DNA from: a bacterium
GTDB taxonomy: Bacteria; Patescibacteriota; Minisyncoccia; UBA6257; 2-01-FULL-56-20
Assembly (NCBI GenBank): GCA_021780195.1
Contig: JAJXZE010000004.1
Span: 1,584-65,583, forward strand
DNA length: 64,000 nucleotides
Reading direction: 5' to 3'
Shown here: positions 1-12,134 of the stretch, in pieces
Numbering within the stretch: position 1 is the first letter of the stretch
How the letters are laid out: each line of letters starts with the position of its first letter
Notes under the pieces: generated by a model
The model's database searches: none
What the model was told of the DNA's origin: nothing
What the model saw: the letters and a program-made list of their open reading frames with translations, nothing else
Program-made: the position numbers and the translations under genes

Positions 1-1
1 G

Positions 2-1207
2 AGCGCGGAGGACCTCGCGCCCTCCCTTGCGCGCCTCGCAAAATTCACCGGCATCACCTTCCGCCTCGGCGGACACCGCATGGAGGATTTCGAGGACCGC
101 GACATGATCGTGCGCGCCGCGGGAACGCCCTTCGACTCGCCGTACCTCGCGCACGCGCGCGAGCGCGGCATCCCCATCGAAATGGACGCTTCCCTCTTCG
201 CCGCGCTTTCCCCCGCGCGCACGGTCGGCATCACGGGCACGCGCGGGAAATCCACCGTCACGCATCTTGTGCGCGCCGCGGCCGAAGCGGCGGGCATGCG
301 CCCGCGCCTCGGCGGGAACGAACGCGGCGTGGCCACCCTACCGCTCCTCGAAACGACCGGTGCGCGGGACCTCGTGATCCTCGAACTTGATTCGTGGCAA
401 CTCCAGGGATTTGCGGAGGACAAGGTGAGTCCGCGCATCGCCGTGTGGACCAACTTCATGCGCGACCATATGAATTATTATCGAGGCGATATGGATCGCT
501 ACTTCGAGGACAAAGCCGCCGTCGCGCGATTCCAGAAACCCGGCGACATTTTCATCACCACGCCGGAGATAAAGGAGAAGATTGAGGCGCGCTTCGGCAT
601 GCTCGCAGGGACGGTGATTACGGACGTATTCTTCCCCGACGGCTGGGACCTCGCGCTCCCCGGCGCGCACAACCGCGCGAATGCGGGGTTCGCGCTCGCC
701 GCGGCGCGCGCGCTCGGCATCCCGGACGACACGTCGCGCAAGGCGTTCGCGGCATTCCGCGGCCTTCCCGGACGCCTGGAATTCCTCGGCGAGAAACGCG
801 GCATCGCTTTCTATAACGACTCGAATTCGACGACGCCGGACGCGGCGATCGCCGCCCTCCGCGCGCTCGGACGCGGGGGAAAGAATGGCGGCCTCATCCT
901 CATCGCGGGCGGGAGCGACAAAGACCTCGTGTTCACGGAGCTCGCGGCGGAGATCCCGCGGCGCGCCGCGCGGGCGGTGCTCTTCACTGGCGCGGCGACC
1001 GAAAAACTCCGCGCGCTCCTGCCGCCCGGATATCCCGCGGCGGCCGCGAACAGCATGGACGAAGCGCTCCGTGAAGCGCTCGCGGATGCCAGGACGGGCG
1101 ACACGGTCCTCCTCTCCCCCGGCGCCACCAGTTTCGGTATTTTCAAAAATGAATATGACCGCGGCGACCAGTTCCGCGACCTCGTGGCGCGCCTGCCGGA
1201 AAATTGA
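2..1207 (+). CDS. murD: UDP-N-acetylmuramoylalanine--D-glutamate ligase MurD, 5' end outside the window (open frame continues to position 2)
   Basis: Mur ligase P-loop GITGTRGKST; C-terminal NDSNSTTPDAAIAAL matches the MurD DSKATN region; central domain GIPIEMDASLFAA matches the MurD GIPV..ELF; no stop upstream of the annotated Met. Confidence 0.8.
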   Translation, partial: SAEDLAPSLARLAKFTGITFRLGGHRMEDFEDRDMIVRAAGTPFDSPYLAHARERGIPIEMDASLFAALSPARTVGITGTRGKSTVTHLVRAAAEAAGMRPRLGGNERGVATLPLLETTGARDLVILELDSWQLQGFAEDKVSPRIAVWTNFMRDHMNYYRGDMDRYFEDKAAVARFQKPGDIFITTPEIKEKIEARFGMLAGTVITDVFFPDGWDLALPGAHNRANAGFALAAARALGIPDDTSRKAFAAFRGLPGRLEFLGEKRGIAFYNDSNSTTPDAAIAALRALGRGGKNGGLILIAGGSDKDLVFTELAAEIPRRAARAVLFTGAATEKLRALLPPGYPAAAANSMDEALREALADARTGDTVLLSPGATSFGIFKNEYDRGDQFRDLVARLPEN

Positions 1208-1239
1208 AATCGGGACGCGAACGCGCTAGAATCGAGGGA

Positions 1240-1545
1240 ATGGCACACGACCTCACGAAGCGCGACCTCGAGCATCTGGCCGAGCTTTCACGCATCGCGC
1301 TCGACCCGCAGGAGGAGGAAAAACTCCTCAGGGATCTCGGGAACATCCTCGATCATTTCAAGGAACTCCAGAAGCTCGACGTGGCGGACGTCCCCCCGAT
1401 GACGGGCGGCACCGACCTCACGAACGTTTTCCGCAAGGACGGCGCGGCGCACGGCGGCACGGAAAACACGAACCGCGGCGCGGGCGTCTCTGCGTTCCCC
1501 GAAAAAGAGGGTGGCTATCTCAGGGTGCCGCCCGTCTTCGGATAG
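1240..1545 (+). CDS. gatC: Asp/Glu-tRNA amidotransferase subunit C
   Basis: MAHDLTKRDLEHLAELSRIALDPQEEEKLLRDLGNILDHF is a typical GatC N-terminus; GAGGGAA RBS before the ATG; immediately upstream of gatA. Confidence 0.8.
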   Translation: MAHDLTKRDLEHLAELSRIALDPQEEEKLLRDLGNILDHFKELQKLDVADVPPMTGGTDLTNVFRKDGAAHGGTENTNRGAGVSAFPEKEGGYLRVPPVFG

Positions 1546-1577
1546 CCGCGCGCCGCGCGCCGATTACGCACTGCACT

Positions 1578-3038
1578 ATGGACCTCGACCATCTCACCAT
1601 TAAAAAATTCCACGAAGGGCTTCTCGACAAGCAATTCTCCGCGCTCGAAGCGGCGCAGGCGTTCTTCGCGCGTATCAAGGCGAGCGACGAAGCGATTGGC
1701 GCGTATCTTTCGACCGCGGAGGAATCCGCCGCGCGCGAGGCGGAAGCGGTGGACGTCGCGCTCGCGAAAGGCGACGACGTGCCGACGCTCGCGGGCATCC
1801 CCCTCGCGATCAAGGATTGCATCCTCGTGAAAGACCTTCCCGCGACCTCAGCATCGAAGATGCTCGAGCGATACGTCGCAAGCTATGATGCGGGCGCGAT
1901 CGCCAGATTGAAAGAAAGGCGCGCGGTCTTCCTCGGCAAGACCAATATGGACGAGTTCGCCATGGGATCTTCCACGGAGAACTCCGCCTTCAAAAAAACG
2001 CGCAATCCGCACGACCTCTCGCGCGTCCCCGGCGGTTCGTCCGGCGGGTCCGCGGCGGCCGTCGCCGCGCATATGGCCGTCGCTTCCCTCGGCTCGGACA
2101 CCTTCGGTTCCATCCGCCAGCCGTCCGCATTCTGCGGCGTCGTCGGTTTCAAACCGACGTACGGCGCGGTCTCGCGTTCCGGCCTTATCGCGATGACTTC
2201 GAGCATGGACCAGATCGGTCCCATCACGCAGACCGTGGAAGATGCCGCGATCATGTTCGCGGCGATCGCGGGACGCGATCCCGTGGACGCCACGAGCTCC
2301 GAAACGCACTATGACGAAACCGCGCTCACGAATCCCGACCTCGGCGGGATCAGGCGCCTGCGCATCGGCCTCCCCGAGGAATACTTTGTCGACGGTCCCG
2401 ACCGCGAGGTGGGCGCCGCGATGGACGAGGCCATCAGGCGCATCGAAGGCCTCGGCCTTAAAACAAAAAAGGTCTCGCTTCCCCACACGAAGTACGCCGT
2501 CCCCGCGTATTATCTGAGCATGCCGGCGGAGGTGAGCTCGAACCTCGCGCGGCTCGACGGCATCCGCTACGCGCGCATCCCCGAAGTCGACCGCGACGCC
2601 AAAACGCTCCGTGATATTTATTTCAAGCAGAAGGGTATCGGCTTCGGCCCGGAGACCAAGCGGCGCGTGATCCTCGGCGCCTTCGTACTTTCCTCCGGAT
2701 ACTACGACGCGTACTACGACCGCGCGCAGAGGGCGCGGACGCTCATCGCCCGCGACTTCGACCGCGTCTTCGAGGACGTCGACGTCCTCATGACGCCCGT
2801 CACCCCCACGCCCGCGTTCAAAATCGGCGAAAAAACGGACGACCCCCTGGCCATGTACCTCTCGGACGTCTTCACCGGCCCCGTGAATCTCGCCGGCCTT
2901 CCCGCGATCTCGATCCCGGTGAAGCCGTACCCCTACCCGGGCGGCGGGCGCGAACTCCCCATCGGCTTCCAGCTCATCGGAAAAAAATGGCGCGAGGCGG
3001 ATATCCTCGGCCTCGGCCAGTACTACGAAAGGATATAA
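1578..3038 (+). CDS. gatA: Glu-tRNA(Gln) amidotransferase subunit A
   Basis: Amidase signature GGSSGGSAAAVAA, 486 aa, gatC-gatA order. Confidence 0.9.
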   Translation: MDLDHLTIKKFHEGLLDKQFSALEAAQAFFARIKASDEAIGAYLSTAEESAAREAEAVDVALAKGDDVPTLAGIPLAIKDCILVKDLPATSASKMLERYVASYDAGAIARLKERRAVFLGKTNMDEFAMGSSTENSAFKKTRNPHDLSRVPGGSSGGSAAAVAAHMAVASLGSDTFGSIRQPSAFCGVVGFKPTYGAVSRSGLIAMTSSMDQIGPITQTVEDAAIMFAAIAGRDPVDATSSETHYDETALTNPDLGGIRRLRIGLPEEYFVDGPDREVGAAMDEAIRRIEGLGLKTKKVSLPHTKYAVPAYYLSMPAEVSSNLARLDGIRYARIPEVDRDAKTLRDIYFKQKGIGFGPETKRRVILGAFVLSSGYYDAYYDRAQRARTLIARDFDRVFEDVDVLMTPVTPTPAFKIGEKTDDPLAMYLSDVFTGPVNLAGLPAISIPVKPYPYPGGGRELPIGFQLIGKKWREADILGLGQYYERI

Positions 3039-3045
3039 TTGAAGC

Positions 3046-3651
3046 ATGGCCATCGTTATCCCCTCATCCCTCGCCGCTACGCTCTCGTCGTCCACCGCCG
3101 CCGCGGAAAAGCTGAGCGGCTCCGCGGCCTCCGCGTATGGCGCGGGGCTTCCGTGGTTCGAGTTCGCAAGCGCCATATTCACGACGGCGGCCTTCGCCAT
3201 TGCGATCTATTTTCTCCTCAAGACGGGATATATCCAGCTCCGCATCGACCGCGTCAGGAACGTCATCCTCCAGAAAGATTCCGTGAAGTTGCGCGTGCGT
3301 TCGTCGTGGGACGATATCGAACGCCATTTCTTTGCGGGCGATGATAACGATCTCCGGATCGCGCTCATTGAAGCGGATGCGATTCTCGACGAAGCCCTGC
3401 GCGGCGCGGGCGTCCAGGGCGCCCAGCTCGGCGACCGCCTGAAAAAGGTGAGACCCGACCAACTCCCGAACGTGGAGGACGTCTGGCAGGCGCACAAACT
3501 CCGGAACCGCATCGCGCACGAACCGACCCTCTCGCTCAAGAGGGACATTGCCGAAAAGGCGCTCACGATATACGAAACCGCGCTTCAGCACCTCGGATTC
3601 CTCGATCCGGGCGCCGCAGGACTTACTGAACCTACGGAGTCGTCGACGTAG
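3046..3651 (+). CDS. Hypothetical membrane-anchored protein whose C-terminal helical domain carries a HEPN-like R-x4-H motif (LRNRIAHEP)
   Basis: Hydrophobic N-terminal segment AIFTTAAFAIAIYFLL; C-terminal about 130 aa alpha-helical-looking with RNRIAH; no recognised family. Confidence 0.5.
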   Translation: MAIVIPSSLAATLSSSTAAAEKLSGSAASAYGAGLPWFEFASAIFTTAAFAIAIYFLLKTGYIQLRIDRVRNVILQKDSVKLRVRSSWDDIERHFFAGDDNDLRIALIEADAILDEALRGAGVQGAQLGDRLKKVRPDQLPNVEDVWQAHKLRNRIAHEPTLSLKRDIAEKALTIYETALQHLGFLDPGAAGLTEPTESST

Positions 3652-4726
3652 TCGTGGTTGCGGGGATCATCGGGGCGGCCGCGCTTGACGTTGCCGCAGG
3701 GGCCGTCGTCGTGGCGCCGAGTACCGCACCGTTCACCGCGGTCACGGTGAGATACTGCGAGCCGGGGACGTGCGTCCCGGCGAGCGTCACCGTGGTCGTC
3801 GTTCCTGCGAGCGGCTTCAACGCCGCCGCCGTGTTTGCATCCTTGGAATTTTCCACATAGGCCACGATCCCGTACGGAGTCGTGAGGAAGTAGAGCGACC
3901 GGCCCATCGCGAGGCGCCCCGCGAGCGTCACGGTTTCCGTCGCATTTTGGGCGCCGGCCCACGCGGGTGCCGTTGCCGCAAAGGAGAGATTCGCACCGAG
4001 GAGAGCGTTCGCGTCTGTCATCGAAGCAACCTGCGCCGCAAGCGCCGTGTTCGACGCATTCAGCATCGACACCTGGTTTTGCAAAGACGTCACGTCCGAG
4101 CCGACCGAAGCGCTCGTTCCGCCGATCGCCGCCACCTGGGACGCGAGCCCCATATTCTGGAAATAAAGCCATCCGGAAAAACCCGCAAGCGCCACGATGA
4201 TCACGATGCCCACGATCATCATAAGGGGGCTCCGCTTCTTGGTCTCGGTCATCATTCCCTGCGCACCTCCGAAAGACATGCCGGCCGCCGGTTTTGAAAA
4301 TATTTTTTCCGCCTGCGCCTGCGTTTTCCCGGAGTTCATTCCGCCGCCGAACGATGCGGAAGACGACGAGACGAGGTCGCTCACCCTGATCGATTGCGGG
4401 GCAACCTCCTTCGGTGCGGCAGAGCCGCTTCCGGCACCGACATTGATTGAAATCGGCCGTACGCCCCCCATCGGAGAAGCCCCGAGCGGAGAATTACCGA
4501 GCGGCTTCGCCGATGCGGATGCCGCCAGGCCAGAGGACGACGCGGGCGACACCGCGGAAACCGCCGGGCCCGATGACGCCGCCATGCCGCCGTCCATTTT
4601 TTTTAGCGTGTCGTCGACATCCGCCGCCGCCCACCCTGCACCGACAAGCGCCGCCTTTATCGCGTCGCGGGAAACCCCCATCTTCACCTGCGAGGAGATG
4701 TACTCCTCAAGTTGTGGTTGGACCAT
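3632..4726 (-). CDS. Hypothetical membrane protein with Ser/Thr/Ala-rich extracytoplasmic region; start placed at MVQPQLEEYI
   Basis: Long ORF, one TM (IVGIVIIVALAGFSGWLYF), low-complexity S/T/A-rich tail; convergent with the previous gene. Confidence 0.5.
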   Translation of the reverse strand: MVQPQLEEYISSQVKMGVSRDAIKAALVGAGWAAADVDDTLKKMDGGMAASSGPAVSAVSPASSSGLAASASAKPLGNSPLGASPMGGVRPISINVGAGSGSAAPKEVAPQSIRVSDLVSSSSASFGGGMNSGKTQAQAEKIFSKPAAGMSFGGAQGMMTETKKRSPLMMIVGIVIIVALAGFSGWLYFQNMGLASQVAAIGGTSASVGSDVTSLQNQVSMLNASNTALAAQVASMTDANALLGANLSFAATAPAWAGAQNATETVTLAGRLAMGRSLYFLTTPYGIVAYVENSKDANTAAALKPLAGTTTTVTLAGTHVPGSQYLTVTAVNGAVLGATTTAPAATSSAAAPMIPATTTTSTTP

Positions 4727-4909
4727 GCCTCTATTATAGCGCGTCGCACGGCAAGCCGCGCTGTGCATAAAGGAAAGCCCAATGCTCTTTTCCAGCCATT
4801 AAAAAGAGCCCATGTCCGGAAAAGAGCATTTGGCTTTCCTTGTGCGAATCTTGACCCGACACTTCCTCGCTTGAAGTACGGGCTTCATCGACGATGATTA
4901 TTATTCCTG

Positions 4910-4984
4910 CGGGCCGGACGGGATTTAAACCCGTGGTCTACCCCGTGACAGGGGGTCGTGTTAATCAGGCTACACCACCGGCCC
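4910..4984 (-). tRNA. tRNA-Asp (anticodon GTC)
   Basis: Minus-strand cloverleaf: acceptor GGGCCGG/CCGGCCC, anticodon loop CUGUCAC, T-loop TTTAAAT; CCA not encoded. Confidence 0.85.
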
Positions 4985-5009
4985 ATTTACTCCGCTCACA
5001 GGGAAAATT

Positions 5010-7650
<2,641 letters not shown>

Positions 7651-7678
7651 GGGGGTGGGGGTGGGATCGGGAGTGCGG

Positions 7679-8317
7679 TCAGCACGAAGACGTGGGTCCC
7701 GCGAGGCAGTCAATGCTCCGCGCGCTTATGGTCGTCTGAATATTCGTGACGTCGCTCTTCACCGCCGGATCAGTGGAGTTCGGGCTCACCCCCATGGACA
7801 TCGTGATGCGCGGGTTCCAGTGGTCGCCCTCCTGATTGCCGAAGATGGTAAAGGAGAGCGTGTCCACCGTGACGTCGGGACTCGTGATCGCCTCCTCCGC
7901 GCCGCCGTCCTCCTGCCGCATGAGCACGCCGTTCACCAGGGAATATTTCACGTGGATACCCTGGGCATTGAAGAAGGCCAGCAGATCGCACGTCATAAGG
8001 TCGCCGTTGCCCGCAATTGAACAGTCGGGCAGGTTCGTCGCCGGATTCGTCCCGGCGCACGCCGGGTCGACAAGCGACGCCCCCGCGGTGTTGCCCGGCT
8101 GGTCACAGAAGAGATACCCCGTGCGGATTTCCCGCGCCGCCTGCTCGATCGCGAGGCCGGCGTTCGATTGCGCGGAAATAAGCGAGGTGATCTGCCGCTG
8201 AGTGCGGAGCGCGTTCACGAACCCGCCGACCGCGACCGAAACGATGATCGAAAAGAGCGCGATCGCCACCAAGAGCTCGATCAAAGTGAATCCCCCGTTT
8301 TTGCGGTCGCGGTTCAT
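7679..8317 (-). CDS. Type IV pseudopilin (prepilin-type N-terminal cleavage/methylation domain)
   Basis: N-terminus GGFTLIELLVAIALFSIIV. Confidence 0.75.
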   Translation of the reverse strand: MNRDRKNGGFTLIELLVAIALFSIIVSVAVGGFVNALRTQRQITSLISAQSNAGLAIEQAAREIRTGYLFCDQPGNTAGASLVDPACAGTNPATNLPDCSIAGNGDLMTCDLLAFFNAQGIHVKYSLVNGVLMRQEDGGAEEAITSPDVTVDTLSFTIFGNQEGDHWNPRITMSMGVSPNSTDPAVKSDVTNIQTTISARSIDCLAGPTSSC

Positions 8318-8847
8318 GTGCGCCAGTTATAGAAATGGTCTTCCACGTTCACGCTCTGGTTCGTGATCGATCCCGTCGTCCAGTCCACAATGGAATTCAC
8401 CGTGATCTCATTCTGCGCCACCTTTACACGGATCAGCCGGGTAAAAGGCGTGGCAGTCCCCGTCTCGTAGTTATAGCGTCCGGTCGCGGCATCATACTTG
8501 AGCGGCGTGCCGGCATACGCCGGAAGCACGTACGGCCCCGTCGTGCCGATCGCATAATCGAATTCATAATCTCCGCCGTTGCCCTGGCTGAAGCTGTATC
8601 CCCATCCGTTCCCGTCATACCCGTCGTGATCGACGATATTCTTGGTGAGCTCGACTCCCTCGGAAGCGAGATATGTCGCGGTGAGTTCGTCCGCCGTCAC
8701 GTGGCTCAGGAAAAACGAACGGACAAGGAGCGTCGCAATGCCGATGAGTCCTATCGTAAGGATGCTCAAGGCCACCATCGCCTCGACGAGGCTCTGTCCT
8801 TTTCTCCTTTCCCCGAGGAACGGCGCGCGGGATGAAAGTGGATTCAT
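8314..8847 (-). CDS. Type IV minor pilin, PilV-like
   Basis: KGQSLVEAMVALSILTIGL prepilin-type N-terminus. Confidence 0.7.
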   Translation of the reverse strand: MNPLSSRAPFLGERRKGQSLVEAMVALSILTIGLIGIATLLVRSFFLSHVTADELTATYLASEGVELTKNIVDHDGYDGNGWGYSFSQGNGGDYEFDYAIGTTGPYVLPAYAGTPLKYDAATGRYNYETGTATPFTRLIRVKVAQNEITVNSIVDWTTGSITNQSVNVEDHFYNWRT

Positions 8848-8854
8848 GCCGTTG

Positions 8855-9421
8855 TCAGAAGGTTACCTGCCCCGCGGGGCTCACCGTGATCGTGGTCGAC
8901 GCCGATCCGTCGACGGTTGAGAGGTGGACGTTCAGGGGCACCGCCGAGCCCGGAGGGAGAAAGGCGTCGCCGGTCAGACTAAGGAGCGTCGCGGGCGCGG
9001 GAGGATAAAAGAGCACCGCCCCGAGGCCGTCTCCGTTCCCCTGGACAAGACGCACTCCCGTCCCCGGACGCACCTTCCACGTACTTTGGGAATACGGCTG
9101 TTCGTTGGCGGTCGACAGCCCCGTGAGGGTCGTCGAAGCGACCGAAGGGCACGGTCCTCCGCCCGCGGGATCGTAGGCGAAGATCGAATACTCGTTGTCC
9201 GGCACGTCGATCGACACGCCGTAGCCGCAGATGCCGGGCGCCGTGCTGTAGGTCGCGATCGCGAGGTTCTTGGCGCGCAGAATGGTTTCCGCGATCTTCG
9301 CGGACTCCACCGAAAGCGTGATCTGATTCTGGGCGACGCCCGTATAGCCGAGCGCGATCGCCGAGAGCATCGCGGTGATGCCGAGGACGACCAGGAGTTC
9401 TATGATGGTGAATCCCTTCAT
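8855..9421 (-). CDS. Type IV pseudopilin
   Basis: MKGFTIIELLVVLGITAMLSAIA N-terminus; ATG at 9421 overlaps the pilD stop region; upstream part of the track ORF is a spurious high-GC extension. Confidence 0.7.
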   Translation of the reverse strand: MKGFTIIELLVVLGITAMLSAIALGYTGVAQNQITLSVESAKIAETILRAKNLAIATYSTAPGICGYGVSIDVPDNEYSIFAYDPAGGGPCPSVASTTLTGLSTANEQPYSQSTWKVRPGTGVRLVQGNGDGLGAVLFYPPAPATLLSLTGDAFLPPGSAVPLNVHLSTVDGSASTTITVSPAGQVTF

Positions 9422-10293
9422 AGTCCTATTATACGAAAATACCAGGCGCTTGCGGGAAGAGCAAAAAAGAATACGAGGGCGGCGCCCGCGGCGAGGAACG
9501 GCGCGAAGGGAACCGCGCTTTTCATGGTTTTCCTCGCGCGGAGCACGAGCGCGATGCCGACGAGCGCGCCCACGATGAATGCGGCGCCGTAGACCGGGAG
9601 AATATCGGGCCAGCCGAAAAGGAATCCGAGCGGCGCGCCGATCGCGACGTCGCCCATCCCCATCCCCTTTCCCTTGGTCGCGAGAACGAGCAACCAGAAG
9701 AATCCCGCGCCGAAAACGGCGCCCGCGATACGACTCGTCCAGAAAGAGCCCGCGAGGCCGAAGAACCCCGCATACGGCCCGAGGAACGACCACTGCGCCG
9801 GGCCGAGCGAGGCGGCGGCGAATATGGACTCGAAGATGGCGATGACGGCGAGCATGACCACGAGCTCGTCGGGCACCACCTGGAGCCGGAGGTCAACATA
9901 GGCAAGGAGAAGCAGAACCTCGAACGCCGCGATCCAGAATGCGGAGAGCGCGTACCATCCGGTGAGTGCCGCGCCGGCCGGCGCCGCCGCGGCAAAGATC
10001 GGGGCCAGCGTCCACGGCACCGCGGCGAAGATCACGCCGGAGAGCAGTTCTACGAGCGGATACTGGATGCCGATCTTCGCGCCGCACGAGCGACAATGCC
10101 CGCGCTGAACCACCCAGGAAAGGACGGGTACGAGCTCGAACCACCGGAGCGTTTTTCTGCAGTGGGGACAGTGCGAGCGCCCGCCGATCACGCGCGGGTC
10201 AAAGACGGATGATGCACCGTCGTAGCGGAGCGCGAGAACGTTCAGGAAGCTCCCGATCGCGAGGCCGAAAAGAAAGAGGATGGGATATACCAC
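9418..10293 (-). CDS. pilD: Prepilin peptidase (A24 family)
   Basis: N-terminal CxxC...CxxC zinc domain (HCPHCRKT ... CRSCGAK); polytopic membrane protein with Asp-containing loops. Confidence 0.85.
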   Translation of the reverse strand: MVYPILFLFGLAIGSFLNVLALRYDGASSVFDPRVIGGRSHCPHCRKTLRWFELVPVLSWVVQRGHCRSCGAKIGIQYPLVELLSGVIFAAVPWTLAPIFAAAAPAGAALTGWYALSAFWIAAFEVLLLLAYVDLRLQVVPDELVVMLAVIAIFESIFAAASLGPAQWSFLGPYAGFFGLAGSFWTSRIAGAVFGAGFFWLLVLATKGKGMGMGDVAIGAPLGFLFGWPDILPVYGAAFIVGALVGIALVLRARKTMKSAVPFAPFLAAGAALVFFFALPASAWYFRIIGL

Positions 10294-10330
10294 CTCATAA
10301 TTTTAACAGAAAAACAGGGAAAAGCCCCGC

Positions 10331-10849
10331 CTACAGCGTCAGGCAATAGTTCGGCGTCGCGCATCCGGAGAAAACGCCGTTGGTCGCGGTCGATGCTCCC
10401 GAGATGGTAAACCCGGTCGTATTCGGTGCCTGATAGCTCGAGAACACTGCGTTGCTCGTATTCTCGAGCGTCGCGGCGACGATATAACTCGTGCCTCCGC
10501 TCGTGGTGCCGTAGTAGTAGGTCCGGCCGGGAGTAGGATCGTTCGGAATGGTATTGACGCCGATGTTCGTGGTCGGACTCGTGAGCACCGATGCCATCTG
10601 TGCCCATCCGTTTGCGGTAATCTGCGTAAATCCGCCCGCGCCGCAGCCGACGTCGCCCGGGTAGAATCCGCACTTGTTGTAGTAAAGTCCGAGGCCGAGC
10701 ATGGTCTGCTGGAGGTCCGAGAGGCGGCGCGCGTCGCGGCCCGACGACTGCGTGGGACCGAGGCCGACAAGCACAACCGACGCGAGGATCGCGATGATCG
10801 CGACCACGATGAGGATTTCGATGAGAGTGAAGCCTTGTTTCTGTTTCAT
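10331..10849 (-). CDS. Type IV major pilin (PilA-like)
   Basis: MKQKQGFTLIEILIVVAIIAILASVVLVGL prepilin leader and hydrophobic helix; Thr/Ser-rich C-terminus with Cys pair. Confidence 0.8.
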   Translation of the reverse strand: MKQKQGFTLIEILIVVAIIAILASVVLVGLGPTQSSGRDARRLSDLQQTMLGLGLYYNKCGFYPGDVGCGAGGFTQITANGWAQMASVLTSPTTNIGVNTIPNDPTPGRTYYYGTTSGGTSYIVAATLENTSNAVFSSYQAPNTTGFTISGASTATNGVFSGCATPNYCLTL

Positions 10850-10896
10850 GGTTTCAGTATATCATAATCGGCCTTTCGCGCCGAAGGGCGGCGCTT

Positions 10897-12108
10897 TTAG
10901 TGGATATTTGCGGTTAAGCTGTAAATTGGGATAAGGATCGAGGCAAAGAGGAGCCCCACCAAAGCGCCGATGCCGATCATGAGGATCGGCTGGATGAGGT
11001 CCACGAGATTGCTCGTCACCTGGTCGGCCTCTCGCGTGTAGATCCCGGAAAGGCGCTTGAACATCTCCTCCGTCTTGCCCGTCGTTTCGCCCACCGCGAC
11101 CATCTGCGACACGAGCGAGGGGAAGAAATCGGGGTGCTTCGCGAGCGATTCGGAAAAGAGCTGGCCCTGGCGTACGCTCTCGGCCACGTCGTGGATCACG
11201 TCTTTATAGAGCACGTTCCCCACCATGTGGCTGATGATCTCGAGCGACTGGGCGATCGGCACGCCGCCGTGCACGAGGAGCGCCGCCGCGTTCCCGAAGC
11301 GCGCCATGATGACCGGCAAGTAGACCTTCTTCATGACGGGCAGGCGGAGTTTCAGGTCGTCCATGAGCGCGATGCCCTCGTCGGTCTGCACGTAATTCAC
11401 GAGCACGGCGCCGAGCGCCAAGACCGCCACGATGACCACGATCCACCACTGGGCGAGGAAATTCCCGGTCGAAAGGAGCACCTGGGTGTACCACGGCAAC
11501 GCCACATTGTTCTGGGCGAACACCGTCCCGATCGAAGGATAGACGAAGGTGAGCAGGATGAACGCCACGACGACGAAGAGACCGAGCACGATTCCCGGAT
11601 ACACGAGCGCGGACGACGCCTTGCCCGCGAGGTCGTTCTCCTTCTCGGTATAGTCGGCGAGAAAGCCGGCGACCTCGTCCATGTTCCCCGTCACCTCGGC
11701 CGCGCGGATCATCTCGACGTAAAACTCTGGAAAGGTCTTCCCCTGCCGTTCGAGCGCCTGGGAGAACGAAAGTCCCGAGTCGATATCCTCGGATACCTGG
11801 AAAAGCGCCTCCTTGAGGACCTTGTTCGTCGTCTGCTCGTGGAGCGTCCGGAGCGCGTTATTCAGCGGAAGGCGCGCGTCGAGGAGCGTCGCGAGCTGGC
11901 GCGTGAAGACGAGCATGTCCTTCCGGCGCACGCGGTTCACGAAGCCCGAAATACGCTCGGCGATCCCGATCGTATCTGACGATTCCACGGAGAGCACGAA
12001 AAGCCCGTGGTTCGTGAGGATCGCGAGCGCGTTGTCGCGGCTCCCGGCCTCCACGTATCCCACCTGTAATTCGCCTTCTTTTGTTTTCGCCTGGTATTTG
12101 AACTTCAT
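10897..12108 (-). CDS. pilC: Type IV pilus assembly platform protein PilC (GspF family)
   Basis: 403 aa, two GspF-like repeats, three TM segments, gene order with pilB/pilT. Confidence 0.85.
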   Translation of the reverse strand: MKFKYQAKTKEGELQVGYVEAGSRDNALAILTNHGLFVLSVESSDTIGIAERISGFVNRVRRKDMLVFTRQLATLLDARLPLNNALRTLHEQTTNKVLKEALFQVSEDIDSGLSFSQALERQGKTFPEFYVEMIRAAEVTGNMDEVAGFLADYTEKENDLAGKASSALVYPGIVLGLFVVVAFILLTFVYPSIGTVFAQNNVALPWYTQVLLSTGNFLAQWWIVVIVAVLALGAVLVNYVQTDEGIALMDDLKLRLPVMKKVYLPVIMARFGNAAALLVHGGVPIAQSLEIISHMVGNVLYKDVIHDVAESVRQGQLFSESLAKHPDFFPSLVSQMVAVGETTGKTEEMFKRLSGIYTREADQVTSNLVDLIQPILMIGIGALVGLLFASILIPIYSLTANIH

Positions 12109-12134
12109 GCCGTTGCCCTTCGCGCCGCGCCCGT

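Noticed and set aside
1848-3200. Long antisense ORFs across the window opposite real genes (e.g. 1848-3200, 5364-7187, 13417-15333, 21187-22287, 35541-36419, 36629-37666, 37806-39269, 45438-46523, 47436-48359, 59291-60445, 60620-62905)
   Set aside because: These are the usual artefact of a 65-70% GC genome (few stop codons in antisense frames). Their products are Arg/Ala/Pro-rich low complexity with no motifs, and the opposing genes are clearly conserved.
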